This document shows positions 60,200 through 61,066 of a DNA stretch of 61,066 nt, piece by piece. The translations under genes and the position numbers were made by a program. Every line of letters starts with the position of its first letter. Position 1 is the stretch's first letter. The notes beneath the pieces were generated by a model, which was not told the DNA's origin, ran no database searches, and saw only the letters and a list, made by a program, of their open reading frames with translations. Source of the DNA: Mycobacteriales bacterium (GTDB lineage: Bacteria; Actinomycetota; Actinomycetes; Mycobacteriales; CADCTP01); the NCBI GenBank assembly GCA_039648995.1, contig JBBWZH010000215.1:1-61066 (forward strand), read 5' to 3'.

Positions 60200-61066
60200 G
60201 TGGAGTCCGTGTTCGACCGGCCGTCGCCGGCCCGGTCACCGGTGGGGCTTCTGGATCCTCGCCGGGCGGCGCTGCCGTTACGTGGTCGTGTCGATGAGCT
60301 GGCGGAACTGGTGGAGTGGTGCGAGGGCGAGGGCCCGACACACGGGATCGTCCAGCTGCTGTCCGCAGTGTCCGGTCAGGGCGCTACCCGGCTGGGGGTG
60401 GAACTCGTCGCGGCTATGCGTTCCCGTGGCTGGGTGGCTGGAATGCTGCGCGACGGTCCGGACCGGCGGGACCTTGCCCGGCTGACGGCCGGACCGGAAC
60501 CGCTGCTCGTGGTCGTGGACGACGCCGAGGTCAGGGGCGGGGATGTCGCCACCCTCGAGCCGTTGTTCACCACGGCCCGAGATGCGCTGATACGGATCCT
60601 GCTGATCGGTCACGCCGGTGACGACCACGGGTTGGTGGCGGCGTTGGAGCCGGCGTTCGAGCAGCTCGGGTACCCCTTCTACACGTTGTCCCGGATCGTG
60701 GCCACCAGCCTGGCCGTGGACGATCGGTCGCGGGTGTGGCAGGAGGCGGTGGCCGCGCTGGCGCCGCGGCTGCCCGAAGTCGCCACGCTGGGCTGCATGC
60801 CGTGGGCGGTCCCGGCACTGGTGCTGCCTACGGTTGATCCCCCGACAGAGCTGTTGGATCGGGCCGGTAACGTTTCCGTTCCCGAGGCCCAGTTCGCCGC
60901 GCTCGCCGCGCTGCTCGGGGCAGCGCACGGCGACCGTGGCACGGACCAGATCGTGATGTGGGAGTCGTGGTACTGGTTCCAGCAGGCCATCGAGCACGAG
61001 TTGTTCTTCCCGGACCATCGGGCGTGCGTGCCGCTGGCCGCGCAGGCGGCGATCTGGGGGGCTGGC
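60200..61066 (+). CDS. 5' part of a STAND-like P-loop NTPase-domain protein with degenerate Walker A (often TPR-associated); runs off the window
   Basis: Open frame to the window end, not in the ORF track (start GTG 60200 or 60185): LLDPRRAALPLRGRVDELAELVEWC, SAVSGQGATRLGVEL (Walker A Lys to Ala), GWVAG, PLLVVVDDAE (Walker B), IRILLIG. Confidence 0.7.
   Translation, partial: MESVFDRPSPARSPVGLLDPRRAALPLRGRVDELAELVEWCEGEGPTHGIVQLLSAVSGQGATRLGVELVAAMRSRGWVAGMLRDGPDRRDLARLTAGPEPLLVVVDDAEVRGGDVATLEPLFTTARDALIRILLIGHAGDDHGLVAALEPAFEQLGYPFYTLSRIVATSLAVDDRSRVWQEAVAALAPRLPEVATLGCMPWAVPALVLPTVDPPTELLDRAGNVSVPEAQFAALAALLGAAHGDRGTDQIVMWESWYWFQQAIEHELFFPDHRACVPLAAQAAIWGAG

Overview
Very high-GC actinomycete-type DNA, almost all of it secondary-metabolite genes. 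Left part (1-27102, minus strand): three cis-AT type I PKS genes with five extension modules and no loading module; the third gene is cut by the window edge. Read in gene order, the modules predict a diene, a 4-carbon tether, an alpha-methyl-enone and a terminal beta-ketoacyl group (degenerate KR). This is the layout of a decalin Diels-Alder precursor as in decalinoyl tetronates and tetramates. Middle (28348-57856): an MFS exporter, two P450s, a piperazate cassette (ornithine N5-oxygenase plus KtzT-type N-N synthase), a ThDP E1 alpha/beta pair with no E2/E3 in view, MbtH and a StrR-family regulator. It also holds an NRPS split over eight genes (6 A, 6 T, 5 C, 1 reductase, 1 embedded O-methyltransferase, no TE or E). 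That NRPS includes a C-T-R-A protein and a GGDS-T/DCL-like C didomain next to a stand-alone Thr A domain. Right end: a frameshifted IS30 element, a gene remnant and the 5' part of a degenerate STAND-like NTPase gene. The best candidate for an undescribed system is the fragmented piperazate/reductase/ThDP NRPS. Whether it is functionally joined to the PKS cannot be settled from this window. All domain and substrate calls are by manual motif reading, not database search.
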